Shown: one piece after another, positions 13,447 through 22,723 of the stretch
Numbering within the stretch: the first letter of the stretch is position 1
Layout: each line of letters starts with the position of its first letter
Assembly: GCA_047601445.1 (NCBI GenBank)
Contig: JASGJH010000001.1
Span: forward strand, 5,504,001-5,568,000
DNA length: 64,000 nucleotides
Origin: Myxococcales bacterium
GTDB lineage: Bacteria; Myxococcota_A; Polyangia; Polyangiales; DASUME01
Direction: 5' to 3'
Program-made: the position numbers and the translations under genes
Notes under the pieces: generated by a model
Seen by the model: only the letters and a program-made list of their open reading frames with translations
Databases searched by the model: none
Told to the model about the DNA's origin: nothing

Positions 13447-13710
13447 TCAGTTCTGGAAGGCTTGCTCGCGCAGCGCGAGCGGCACCGGCTGGAACTCATT
13501 TCGAGCGCCGCCGCAGCTCACGCAAACCACCTCGTCGATCTCATCGATGAGCTCGACGCAGCTCGGGCAGACCTTGGCCTCGCAATACACGCAGACGCAC
13601 TCTGCGATCGCTGGGTAGAGGCCGGTGCAGTGGGCGCACATCTGATAGGCGAGTTCCGTTCGAAGGCCGACACTCGGGCGCACTCCGCCCGCGGCGTGGT
13701 TCGCTGACAT
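13447..13710 (-). CDS. Small Cys-rich putative zinc-binding protein (87 aa)
   Basis: ATG at 13710 with GAGGAG RBS; CAHC, CVCVYC, CPSC, CVSC. Confidence 0.6.
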   Translation of the reverse strand: MSANHAAGGVRPSVGLRTELAYQMCAHCTGLYPAIAECVCVYCEAKVCPSCVELIDEIDEVVCVSCGGARNEFQPVPLALREQAFQN

Positions 13711-13968
13711 GGTTCTCTCCTCGTAGGGGTCTCGACACTGGTCGAGCCGAGTGATGGAACGTCTTACAGCAACAACAACTACGCGAGCGACAGTAACAAG
13801 AACCGGGCCAGCGAAAGGGGTCGCAGAGCACTTTGCCGATTTCGGTGGAGATTTCGCGACTTCCATGGTCTAGCGCGCCGTCCCGATCTCGGAATTTGGA
13901 GGTCGCCCAATTTCGCACAAGAGCGCCTCAGGCTTTCATCCCTGTAGCGCCTGACACCCATGATTCGT

Positions 13969-15711
13969 TCAATCTTGCAAACCCACCCGACGCCGCGCCT
14001 TGGCCGTCACGGTCTGCCCACGCAGCTTGGCGTAGTCACGCCACGGATCGACCTCACCAATCCGGCTCAGCACGCTGCCCACGTGAAACCGCTTTGGATC
14101 GAGCTCCGGCTCGAGCTCGTCCCAGCTCAACGGCGTGGCCACGGTGGCCCCTTCGCGCGCCCGCGTCGAATACGGCGCAATCGCCGTGGCGCCGCGGCCA
14201 TTGCGCAGATAGTCCAAGTAAACGCGGCCCCGGCGCAGGTCCTTGCGCACGTTGGTGAGGTATTTCTTCGGGCTGTCCTGGGCCATCGCCTCGGCCACCG
14301 CCAGTGCGAAAGCTTTGTGAAGCTCCCAATCGAGCTGACGCTTCACCGGCAACACCACGTGCAGCCCCTTGCCTCCCGTGGTCTTCACGAAGCTCACGAG
14401 GCCGAGCTCCACGAGGCGCTGACGCAACTCGAGTGCGGCGTCTACCACGGCGCGAAAGGGCAGACCTTCCGCCGGATCCAGGTCGAACACGAACTGATCG
14501 GGCTGCTCCACTTTGTCGGCGTGGCACGGCCAGGTGTGCACCTCTAGGGCACCGAGCTGCGGCAACGCGAGCAAGCCCGCCACGTCGTCGAGCGCCAGAT
14601 AAGGTTCGAGCTTCTGATTGCGCTCGGGAATCTGTACGCGGCGCAGCACGTGGGGTACGCCGCTGTTGGCGTGCTTCTGATAGAAGCATTTGGCCGCTCG
14701 ACCGTTCGGACAACGCACGAGCGTAAGCGGGCGCCCCTGCACGTGAGGCAACATCAGCCCCGCCACCGAAGCGAAGTAGGCGATGAGCTCGGCCTTGCGC
14801 AGGTTGCGCTCCGGATAGAGCACTTTCTGCAGGTTGCTGAACTCGACGCCCACGGCGAGGTTTCGTACCAGCTCGATCAAGTCACGGGTCGTCGTCTGCT
14901 TGGGCGTTGGGCCCGCCGGCTTCTCCGCACGATTCGAGCGCCACACACGCGTGGGCGCCTGAGCGACCTCCTCGATGGTGCGCCCGCTCAGCGTACTCTC
15001 GGGGCGACTCTCCACGATCTCGCGCGCGTTCGCCTTGGCCTCGCGCGCATCGTGGCCCTTGAACAGGAGCCAGTTCTCTCGCTTGTTCGCCAGTCCCTTG
15101 GTGCGCACCAGGTGAAAGCGCCCGCGGAGCTTCTCGCCCTTCAAGTCGAACGCCAGATGCCCTTTCGCCATGCCAGCGCGCGCATCGCCCTCGGCGGTCC
15201 AGGTCCCATGATCCCATACGATCACCGTGCCGCCCCCGTACTGTCCCTTCGGGATGATGCCTTCGAAGTCGGCGTACTCGGTCGGATGGTCCTCGGTGCG
15301 CACGGCCAGACGCTTCTCCTCGGACTTGAGGCTGGGCCCCTTGGGCACGGACCAGCTCAGGAGCACGTCGTCGAGCTCGAGCCGGAAGTCATAGTGAAGG
15401 TTGCGGGCCGCGTGCTTCTGCACCACGAACTGGCTGCCGCCTGCCAAACGCGGGCGCTTCGCGGTGCGGCCGCTCGGCTCCGGCGTTTGCGCGAAATCAC
15501 GCTTCTCGTGGTAGGTGCGAAGCGCTTCCGGTGCCGCCTTGGAGCGCTTGCGCGAGGTCGTCGCTGGGCGCGTTCGCGTCGCGCCGCGTGCAGAGGTCCC
15601 GGTCTGGGTTCGTTTGCTGCGAGCCGACGCGGCACGCGCCTTGGTGGCGCGCCGAGCAGCCTTGCGAACGGCGGTCTTCTTGGGGCGAGCGGTGGTCGCG
15701 CTGGTCGGCAT
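13969..15711 (-). CDS. ligD: LigD-like protein: 3'-phosphoesterase plus primase-polymerase domain, no ligase domain
   Basis: PE 'FVVQKHAARNLHYDFRLE...SWSVPKGPS'; Pol 'SNLQKVLYP...FDLDP...KTTGGKGLHV...DYLRNGRGATAIAPYSTRAR'. Confidence 0.9.
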   Translation of the reverse strand: MPTSATTARPKKTAVRKAARRATKARAASARSKRTQTGTSARGATRTRPATTSRKRSKAAPEALRTYHEKRDFAQTPEPSGRTAKRPRLAGGSQFVVQKHAARNLHYDFRLELDDVLLSWSVPKGPSLKSEEKRLAVRTEDHPTEYADFEGIIPKGQYGGGTVIVWDHGTWTAEGDARAGMAKGHLAFDLKGEKLRGRFHLVRTKGLANKRENWLLFKGHDAREAKANAREIVESRPESTLSGRTIEEVAQAPTRVWRSNRAEKPAGPTPKQTTTRDLIELVRNLAVGVEFSNLQKVLYPERNLRKAELIAYFASVAGLMLPHVQGRPLTLVRCPNGRAAKCFYQKHANSGVPHVLRRVQIPERNQKLEPYLALDDVAGLLALPQLGALEVHTWPCHADKVEQPDQFVFDLDPAEGLPFRAVVDAALELRQRLVELGLVSFVKTTGGKGLHVVLPVKRQLDWELHKAFALAVAEAMAQDSPKKYLTNVRKDLRRGRVYLDYLRNGRGATAIAPYSTRAREGATVATPLSWDELEPELDPKRFHVGSVLSRIGEVDPWRDYAKLRGQTVTAKARRRVGLQD

Positions 15712-15970
15712 GGGAGAGAGGTAAGCGCCAGCGCAATGGGCGCCCCAAACGGGGACACGTGAATTGTGTGAGCAGACGGGCTAGCCGACGCCTGACCCGC
15801 GCCGAATTCGCGTCACTTCGCACAGACCCAAGTGAGCTCGTGAGGGTCCACGCGGCCCGCGGTGCTCCCAATCTGGGACACGAGGTTTCTCCTCAACCCC
15901 TCGGCCTGCTAGCCTTGCTGAATGCCCCGCCGAGACCCCGCGGGGCAGACGCCAGATTGGGAGGCAGTTT

Positions 15971-16285
15971 GTGAGGCACGTCATCCGGCACGACCTAACA
16001 CCCGAGCAACTTAGACTCGCGGTGCAACGGTTTGCGGACGTCTATTGCCAGCGCTTCTCCGAGTACGGAACCACCACCGAGTGGACCAGCCAAGACCGCG
16101 TGGAAGTCCGCTTCAAGGTGAAGGGCATCAAGCTGGCTGGCTCGCTCGAGCTCTTGCCCCGTGAGATCGGCATCGACATGGACGTGCCGCTGCCGCTGAG
16201 GCTGTTCAAGAGCCGGGCCGTCGCAGCCATCGAAGAAGAAGTCACGCCGTGGCTGGCCAAGGCCAAGAACGGCGAGCTCGGCTAA
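15971..16285 (+). CDS. Polyhydroxyalkanoic acid system family (PHA_gran_rgn-like) protein
   Basis: 104 aa; 'MRHVIRHDL...FKVKGIKLAGSLEL...DVPLPLRLFK...IEEEV'. Confidence 0.65.
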   Translation: MRHVIRHDLTPEQLRLAVQRFADVYCQRFSEYGTTTEWTSQDRVEVRFKVKGIKLAGSLELLPREIGIDMDVPLPLRLFKSRAVAAIEEEVTPWLAKAKNGELG

Positions 16286-16290
16286 AAGCA

Positions 16291-16321
16291 AACCGCGCCC
16301 GCTCGATGGAGGGGCGCGGTT
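16291..16321 (-). terminator. Intrinsic terminator-like hairpin between convergent genes
   Basis: Perfect 10-bp arms aaccgcgccc / gggcgcggtt, followed on the minus strand by TGCTTTT. Confidence 0.55.
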
Positions 16322-16334
16322 GGGATGTGGGTCG

Positions 16335-16571
16335 CTATTCCTCTTTGGCGGCGGCTTTGCGCTTGGCCTTGCTGGCCTTGGCCTTGGGTTGGACCACGGG
16401 GCCTTCGACCGTGACCGTGAAGTGCTGTTCGGCCACGCTGGTCAGGAAGGTGCGCTCGCCCGAGGCGAAGCGAACGCGCACCGCGCCCTTGTCGACCATA
16501 AGGACTTCTCCAGCACCCAGCTCGGAGAGTTTGGCGTGGATAACGAATGAACCTGGAACGATGAGAGACAT
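16335..16571 (-). CDS. Small Tudor/SH3-like protein (DUF3553-like) with Lys/Ala-rich tail
   Basis: 'GSFVIHAKLSELGAGEV...VRVRFASGERTF'; GGAG RBS. Confidence 0.6.
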   Translation of the reverse strand: MSLIVPGSFVIHAKLSELGAGEVLMVDKGAVRVRFASGERTFLTSVAEQHFTVTVEGPVVQPKAKASKAKRKAAAKEE

Positions 16572-16736
16572 GCAGCTCCGACGGCAATGCCACCGCGAGG
16601 CAGCTTTGCTCCACAGTACCAGGTATTTGCGCGGAGCGCCTCGTCTCGTAAGCAGTCGCCCAGAATCTACGCCGCCCGGTGGTCGAAGCGGGCGGTTCCG
16701 CCCACGAGAAAACCATGGCCGGGCGTACCCTCGCCC

Positions 16737-17291
16737 TCAGCGCTCCGTGGCGATGTTCACCACGACGCGGTGCCCATCGAGCTCGCTATGGTGGGTGGCG
16801 CTGATGATCCGCGGCGCGTCCTTGCGGTCGACCAAGGTGACGAAGCCGAAATTCCGGCTGGCTCCCGTCTCGCGGTTCGTGATGACCACCGCCTCGATGA
16901 GGGGGGCGTGAGCCTCGAAGTGCCGGCGCAGCCCGGCACTCGTGGTGATGTCGGAGAGGCTCCCGACGAACAACTTGGCGGGGATCGGTTGCGCGCTACG
17001 GTCGACGTTCTTCGAGTCCAGAGACGCCATGATCGTCTCGATGGACGGGACGTCGCCGATGATGCTTTCCGAGCTGACGATCTCGGGACCGCTACGGGGC
17101 GCGAAGCGCCGATCTTGCCGGCGCCGCTCCTTTTCACGCTGTTTGTTGAGCTGTTTTTGCTCGCGTTCTCGCTTGTTGGGCGTGGTCACGTGCACCCCCG
17201 GGTTGGGCTGATGCCGTTGTTGCGCTCGCTCCGCGTTGATTTCGTCAGGACTCACCTGCTTGTGCGTTGGACCTGAAAAGACCGGCACCAA
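16737..17291 (-). CDS. RNA-binding protein, RRM domain with basic N-terminal extension (true start may be GTG at 17189)
   Basis: RNP2 'KLFVGSL', RNP1 'RNFGFVTL', 'ELDGHRVVVNIA'. Confidence 0.85.
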   Translation of the reverse strand: MVPVFSGPTHKQVSPDEINAERAQQRHQPNPGVHVTTPNKREREQKQLNKQREKERRRQDRRFAPRSGPEIVSSESIIGDVPSIETIMASLDSKNVDRSAQPIPAKLFVGSLSDITTSAGLRRHFEAHAPLIEAVVITNRETGASRNFGFVTLVDRKDAPRIISATHHSELDGHRVVVNIATER

Positions 17292-17456
17292 GGGCCGTTC
17301 CCCAAGCCTAGCGCTTCGTTGCGCCTGGAACGACCACGATCGCTCATAGGAAAAAAACCCCGGGGATCCCGCCGGCTCTGCGCACCCCTGCGACCGGGGC
17401 CCCTGAAGCTACGCCTGGGCGGGGTCGGGACGCCGGGGTCCGCCGGAGGGCCCGGC

Positions 17457-18902
17457 TCAGCGCGCCTGGTAGAGCGAGAGGAGCCCCACGTACAGGAAGC
17501 CCACCATGAAGAGCACCAGGAAGGGGATGCTCATGTAGCTGCCCGTGTAGGCGGCGAGCCCAATGGTGAACACAAAGTACATGCCGAACAGCACTTCGAG
17601 CACCGTGGCGATGTTCTTGCTCGCCTTGTAGTTCTTCTTCTTCTTCCAGTTGTCGCTCTTCTGCGTGATGCCGTGCTTGGGCGTGCGCACGAACTCGGCG
17701 TCGCGGCTGAACAGCCCCTCGAGCACCGCGTGGGCGTTGTTCAGGCTGAGGCCGATGCCGAGCGCCATCATCAAGGGCAGGCGCTTCGCGGCATCCCACC
17801 AGTTCTGGTACAGGAAGTGGTGCGTGCTCAGGTAGAACAGGATGATCGAGCCCGAGGTCGCCAGGAAGAGCGGCACGTCGAGCAGCAGGAGCTCGGGGTT
17901 GTTCATCTCCTTGCGCATCAGCATGTTGGGCAGCTGAAGGCAGGCGAGAGCCACCAGGAACAGGTAGGCGAAGTTATTGGTGAGGTGGAAGACAGCTTCC
18001 ATCTTGATGCGCCAGGGCAAGTCCGAGCGCAGCACCATGGGCAGGATCTTCTTGGTGGTCTGGGCAGACCCCTTGGCCCAGCGGAACTGCTGGCCCTTGA
18101 AGCTGTTCATCTCACAGGGCACCTCAGCGGGCGCCACGGCCTCGGGCACGTACACGAAGCGCCAGCCGCGGATCTGCGCGCGGAAGGAGAGATCCATGTC
18201 TTCGGTGATGGTGTCGTGCTGCCAGCCACCCGCGTCGATGATGGCGGTCTTGCGCCAGATGCCGGCGGTGCCGTTAAAGTTGAAGAAGCGGCCCGAGCGG
18301 TTGCGCGCGATGTGCTCGATGACGAAGTGCCCGTCGAGCATCATGGCCTGGGCGCGCGTGAGCATGGAGTAGTTGCGGTTCAGGTGATCCCAGCGTGCCT
18401 GCACCATGGCCACCTTGGGATCCGTGAAGTGATGGATCAGGTGGTGGATGATGCCGGGGTTCGGGACGAAGTCGGCGTCGAACACCATGAGGAAGGCGCC
18501 CTTGGCGATCTTCATGCCCTGCTCGAGCGCGCCAGCCTTGAAGCCCGTGCGATCGGTGCGGTGGATGTGGCTGATGTCGAAGCCACGCGCCTTCAGCTCC
18601 GCCACCTTGCGGCTCACGATTTCCGTGGTCTCGTCGATGGAGTCGTCGAGCACCTGCAGCTCGAGCTTGTCCTTCGGGTAGTCGATCAGCGCCACGCTCT
18701 CGAGCAGACGCTCGGCCACGTAGAGCTCGTTGAACATCGGGAGCTGGATCGTGATGTGGGGCAGCTCTTTGAACTGCTCGTGGGGGTCGATGCGATGGTC
18801 CCGGTGCTTCCAGAACAGGTAGACCAAATGGGCGCGATGGAAGCCGTAGACACCGAGGATGGTCAGCGTGACCAGGTACAGCACAATGATCGCGACATCC
18901 AT
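17457..18902 (-). CDS. GT2 glycosyltransferase, cellulose-synthase-like family
   Basis: 'QLPMFNE', 'DDSID', 'FKAGAL', 'FDADF', 'TEDMD', QxxRW 'QQFRW'; TM helices. Confidence 0.93.
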   Translation of the reverse strand: MDVAIIVLYLVTLTILGVYGFHRAHLVYLFWKHRDHRIDPHEQFKELPHITIQLPMFNELYVAERLLESVALIDYPKDKLELQVLDDSIDETTEIVSRKVAELKARGFDISHIHRTDRTGFKAGALEQGMKIAKGAFLMVFDADFVPNPGIIHHLIHHFTDPKVAMVQARWDHLNRNYSMLTRAQAMMLDGHFVIEHIARNRSGRFFNFNGTAGIWRKTAIIDAGGWQHDTITEDMDLSFRAQIRGWRFVYVPEAVAPAEVPCEMNSFKGQQFRWAKGSAQTTKKILPMVLRSDLPWRIKMEAVFHLTNNFAYLFLVALACLQLPNMLMRKEMNNPELLLLDVPLFLATSGSIILFYLSTHHFLYQNWWDAAKRLPLMMALGIGLSLNNAHAVLEGLFSRDAEFVRTPKHGITQKSDNWKKKKNYKASKNIATVLEVLFGMYFVFTIGLAAYTGSYMSIPFLVLFMVGFLYVGLLSLYQAR

Positions 18903-19016
18903 GGGGGGAGCCTGCTCCGAGTAAGGGACTAGTCCGCCACCATCGGTAGCAAATGCCGCTGCAATCGTTGTCACCCAGATGTAATTCTTTGTCACACGTG
19001 GGCAATAGAGCTGAAA

Positions 19017-19367
19017 TCAGCCCTGTTTGGGCTTGGTGGCCCCGGGCTCCAGCAGCCGCTGGTAGCGACGCTCGTGACGCGCCCAGACAATCCCCAAAAC
19101 CAGGCCGGCGGCGACCAGGGCGATGACCACGTTCATCAGCACCGTGGCGGTGACGGCGTACATGGTCAGGGCGCCCGGCTCGAAGGTCCGCTGCTCGATC
19201 TGACCCACCACCGTGAAGGGGTTCACCGCCAGGGGCCAGAACACGAACATGCCGCCCCAGGCCAGCACCAGGGCCACGAGGGCGGCCGGAAGGATGTAGA
19301 GGCCAACCGACTTGCGCGCCTTGCGGCGCTCCAAGAACTGGTGATCGGAATGGGGAGCTTGGGTCAT
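19017..19367 (-). CDS. Hypothetical two-TM membrane protein
   Basis: MTQAPHSD start; two hydrophobic helices; typical codon usage. Confidence 0.6.
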   Translation of the reverse strand: MTQAPHSDHQFLERRKARKSVGLYILPAALVALVLAWGGMFVFWPLAVNPFTVVGQIEQRTFEPGALTMYAVTATVLMNVVIALVAAGLVLGIVWARHERRYQRLLEPGATKPKQG

Positions 19368-19491
19368 GCGATCCGAAGGGTGCCCAAAGGTAGGCAATGT
19401 AGCAAATTGACCGCCAAATCCGCGTTGAAACGGGCGCCCGCAAGCGTTTTTGCTCAGAAGCCCACAGGGGATCCACTCACCACACTCGCAT

Positions 19492-19881
19492 ATGCTTCCG
19501 CCGCCCGCGCGCCCCCGAGCCAACGTCCTCATCCTGGATGACGACGCCGGTGTGCGCGACGTGTGCACGAGCCTGCTGCACGCCCTCGGTTATGGAGCCT
19601 CAGGCGCCGAAGACCGGGCCCAGGCGCTGGCGACCCTACGTGGGGACGGCGCCCAGGTCGCCCTGGCCATGGTGGACCTGGAGCTACCCGGGGCCCAGGA
19701 CGGCAGCCTGGTGCGCGCCCTCAAGGTTCAGCAGCCCGAGCTGCGCGTGCTGCTCATGAGCGGCCGCCCCCGCGCGGACCTGTCGCGCTTCCTGGCCATC
19801 GGCGCCGACGCCGTGCTCGAAAAGCCCTTTCGTTTGGGTGAGCTGGACCAGTCCCTCGACGTCGCCCTCGCGCGCGCCTGA
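19492..19881 (+). CDS. Single-domain response regulator
   Basis: 'VLILDDD', 'MVDLELP', 'LMSG', 'LEKPF'. Confidence 0.88.
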   Translation: MLPPPARPRANVLILDDDAGVRDVCTSLLHALGYGASGAEDRAQALATLRGDGAQVALAMVDLELPGAQDGSLVRALKVQQPELRVLLMSGRPRADLSRFLAIGADAVLEKPFRLGELDQSLDVALARA

Positions 19882-20055
19882 ACCGGGGACTTCGACCGCT
19901 TCTTGAATCCTCCCCCGCGGACCGTCGTCGCCCTCCCCCGAGCGCGTTCGGCGGCTGGCGGCGCCGTGTGAGGCCCCGGAGCCAGCACGCTCGAAAGCTT
20001 GCCGGCCGTTTGGCGCGGCACGCACAATGGAGCGACTGACGGGCGGGAGGCTTTC

Positions 20056-20562
20056 GTGGGCGGCATGCGTGGACTGAGGGCGCTTGGCATCGGATGTCTG
20101 GCCTGGGCGGCCCTTTCCCTGGCGGCTGACGTCCCCACGGCTTCGCAGCTCACGGGGCCGGCCACGGCCCGCGCCGAAGAGAAGCAATCGGTGCTCGGGC
20201 CGGGTCTGTACATCTATCAACAGCGTGTCCGCGAGGCGACGTGCAAGGACGCCGAGCCCGACGGCTACGTGCTGAGCTTCATGGCCGCCATCGACGGCGT
20301 GCCCGGCTCGGTCACCATGACCATGCAGCTGGTAAACACGGCGTACTTCAAGGAGTGGACGCTCAAGGTCATGGGCAGCCAGGTGGTCGGCGAGTCCCGA
20401 CTCGGCAAGACACCCGACAGCCCCGACGCTCACTTCGAGGTCACGCGCGACGGCGATCGCTTCAAGGGCACCGGCTTTCGCACCTACAACGGCAGCTTCC
20501 AGGGTAAGCCCCAGCGCTGCAAAGTGAGCTACGACGCCCTGCTCAAGCGGCTGGATAGCTGA
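20056..20562 (+). CDS. Hypothetical secreted protein
   Basis: GGGAGG RBS before GTG at 20056; signal peptide; Cys pair; strong codon bias. Confidence 0.7.
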   Translation: MGGMRGLRALGIGCLAWAALSLAADVPTASQLTGPATARAEEKQSVLGPGLYIYQQRVREATCKDAEPDGYVLSFMAAIDGVPGSVTMTMQLVNTAYFKEWTLKVMGSQVVGESRLGKTPDSPDAHFEVTRDGDRFKGTGFRTYNGSFQGKPQRCKVSYDALLKRLDS

Positions 20563-20730
20563 CCCCTCCCGCGCCCCTCCCCTGTCCGCAACCAACCCGC
20601 GCGCTCTCTGTTGGCCTCGGTGCGCCCTCTGGTCTGGGCCGGCGCTGCGGGGGCTCAGGGGCGGGATGGCTGCGCGAGGGCGCTTTGTCGCGCGCAGGTT
20701 GGTTGAGGGCAAGCGCGAGGGCAGAGGAGT

Positions 20731-21603
20731 TCAGTTGGGGAACACCGCGCGCGTCGCCGCCAGCGGATCCTGATGCTTCTCGTACTCCGCGATCCAGCGC
20801 GCCACTTGCTCGGGCATCCCCGAATCCCATGGGTGGAAGCTTGGCTTGAACCACGCCAGATAGCTCGGGATCATGCGCGTGATGAACCCGCGCGGACCGT
20901 ACATGCCCCATAGGCCACGCGCGACAAGGCGGGGGCGATCGCGGATGCCGTCGACCTCGAACATGTGACCCATGATCGCGGCCACGCGCACGTGCAGGTA
21001 GAGCGTGAAGTACACCATGGCGAGCGTACGGGTGAGATAGTCCCCGCGCGCCACGCCGCGATAGACGTCGAAGGCCACGGCCTTGTGCTCCACCTCTTCC
21101 ACCGCGTGCCACAGAAACAACGCGCGCATCTCCGGGTGCGCCGCCTCGTTGACGAAGGGGGCGAACGCGAGGATGCCCTCGGCGAGCGTGGCGGTGAGGT
21201 GCTCGGCCGCGGCGGTCAGCGCGAGCTGCATCTTGGGGCTGAGCTCACGTTGGGCCCAGCGCTTCTGGGCGGCAATGCCCTTGATGATGCGCTCGACCTT
21301 CACGCCCTGCTCGGTGAGCCGCCTGTTGTAGGCGCTATGGGCCGCGCCGTGCTGGGCTTCCTGTCGGCTGAAGAGCTTCACGTCCTCGCGCAACTTCGGA
21401 TCGTCGACCTGGGTCTCGAAGGCGCGCACGGACTCCATGAAGAAGCGCTCGCCCTCGGGGAAGTTGATCGACAGCGCGTCGAGGAAACGCGTGATGAAGG
21501 GATCGCCACCATTCCAGTGCCTGGGCACCCCGTCGAAGGCGAACTTGGTCTTGCGATGGTGAAGGTCCGCGTGGCTCTTGTGGACCGTCTGACTGCGCTG
21601 CAT
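20731..21603 (-). CDS. Predicted metal-dependent hydrolase (ferritin-like Metal_hydrol family)
   Basis: 'FPEGERFF', 'QEAQH', 'EHLTA', 'WHAVEEVEHKAVAFDVY', 'FHPWD'. Confidence 0.88.
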   Translation of the reverse strand: MQRSQTVHKSHADLHHRKTKFAFDGVPRHWNGGDPFITRFLDALSINFPEGERFFMESVRAFETQVDDPKLREDVKLFSRQEAQHGAAHSAYNRRLTEQGVKVERIIKGIAAQKRWAQRELSPKMQLALTAAAEHLTATLAEGILAFAPFVNEAAHPEMRALFLWHAVEEVEHKAVAFDVYRGVARGDYLTRTLAMVYFTLYLHVRVAAIMGHMFEVDGIRDRPRLVARGLWGMYGPRGFITRMIPSYLAWFKPSFHPWDSGMPEQVARWIAEYEKHQDPLAATRAVFPN

Positions 21604-21880
21604 CGAAACCCCCTCTGCTCTATGGGTGCACGGGGAGGGCACGCGCCCTCTCCCCGCCCAGCACGGCAAAGCCGCGCTGGGACCCACCTCTCCGCGAGGT
21701 TCGCTACGCTCACGGGAGGCTTGGGTGATGTTTGATGATGGCGCGAAAGAACACCCTGGCGGTAGGTGAGCAGAGGACAGCCTTTGGTGAGTAAAGGCCA
21801 ATGCGGAAATCACGATTACACACATCTATTCGCAAGAGACGCGCACATGACACGACCACACATTGGATCGGAAATCCGAA

Positions 21881-22723
21881 TTACGGCCACCACCGCGAGG
21901 GCAAACCCGCTCCCCCCAAGAGCGCCACGGCGTCCATGGTGAAGGCCACGGCCACATGCAGCGCAGCGCCGCCCCAGATCGAGCGTGTGCGCATGGCGAG
22001 CAGGCCCAACACCACGCCAGCGGGGATCGCGGCCACCACCTCGAGCAGCGGTTTGGTGAAATGGATCATGCAATAGGGCACGACCATGAAGGCGATGGCG
22101 TACACGCCGAGCGCGCGCCGCGAGCTCTCCAGCCAGAAGCCGCGGAAAAAGAACTCCAGGGCCACGAAGTGCGCCGCGTACATCAGCTCCCAGGCGAGCA
22201 GGTCGAACCAGCTCTCGCCGGCGCGCTTGTAGAATGGGTAGTAGCTCGAGAACTCTGGCCGTATGGCCGCCAGCAAGATCACTGGCAACAGCAGCAGGTA
22301 GAGCCCCCCATAAATCGGCAGCGCCTCGCGCAGCGAGTGCAAGGCGAGCCCGAACTCGTGCACGGGACGTCGCAAGAGCAGCCGCACTGCGAGCGCCGGC
22401 AGCACGAAGAAGCCGATCAAACGCCAGCCGATCCACCACGAGAGATCGAGCAGAGGCATCCAACGCGAGGCATAGAGTCCCTCGGATCCCCACAGCGTGC
22501 CGGGCACCCGCGCTTCGTAGAGCGAGAGCACCCGTGAGAGCGTGGCGGGCACGCCGACGTACTCCATGATCACCAGCGCAAGCGCGCCCACCACGCATGC
22601 CACCCAGGGGCCTGGGTCGATGCCTTGCGTGGTGCTCGATGCTGTCGCTCGCTCTGCCCGCGCGCCGTGCTCGATTGCTTCGAAGGACTCTCGAAGCCAG
22701 ATCAGCGCGCGCGCAGGGCTCAT
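21881..22723 (-). CDS. CPBP (Abi/CAAX type II) intramembrane glutamic protease
   Basis: 'LEFFFRGF', 'CMIHFTKP', 'RSIWGGAALH'. Confidence 0.85.
   Translation of the reverse strand: MSPARALIWLRESFEAIEHGARAERATASSTTQGIDPGPWVACVVGALALVIMEYVGVPATLSRVLSLYEARVPGTLWGSEGLYASRWMPLLDLSWWIGWRLIGFFVLPALAVRLLLRRPVHEFGLALHSLREALPIYGGLYLLLLPVILLAAIRPEFSSYYPFYKRAGESWFDLLAWELMYAAHFVALEFFFRGFWLESSRRALGVYAIAFMVVPYCMIHFTKPLLEVVAAIPAGVVLGLLAMRTRSIWGGAALHVAVAFTMDAVALLGGAGLPSRWWP

Noticed and set aside
17319..18932. Long antisense ORFs (e.g. 537 aa here, 522 aa at 22597, 525 aa at 39328)
   Set aside because: They are shadow frames of real genes, typical of high-GC codon bias, with no motifs of their own.
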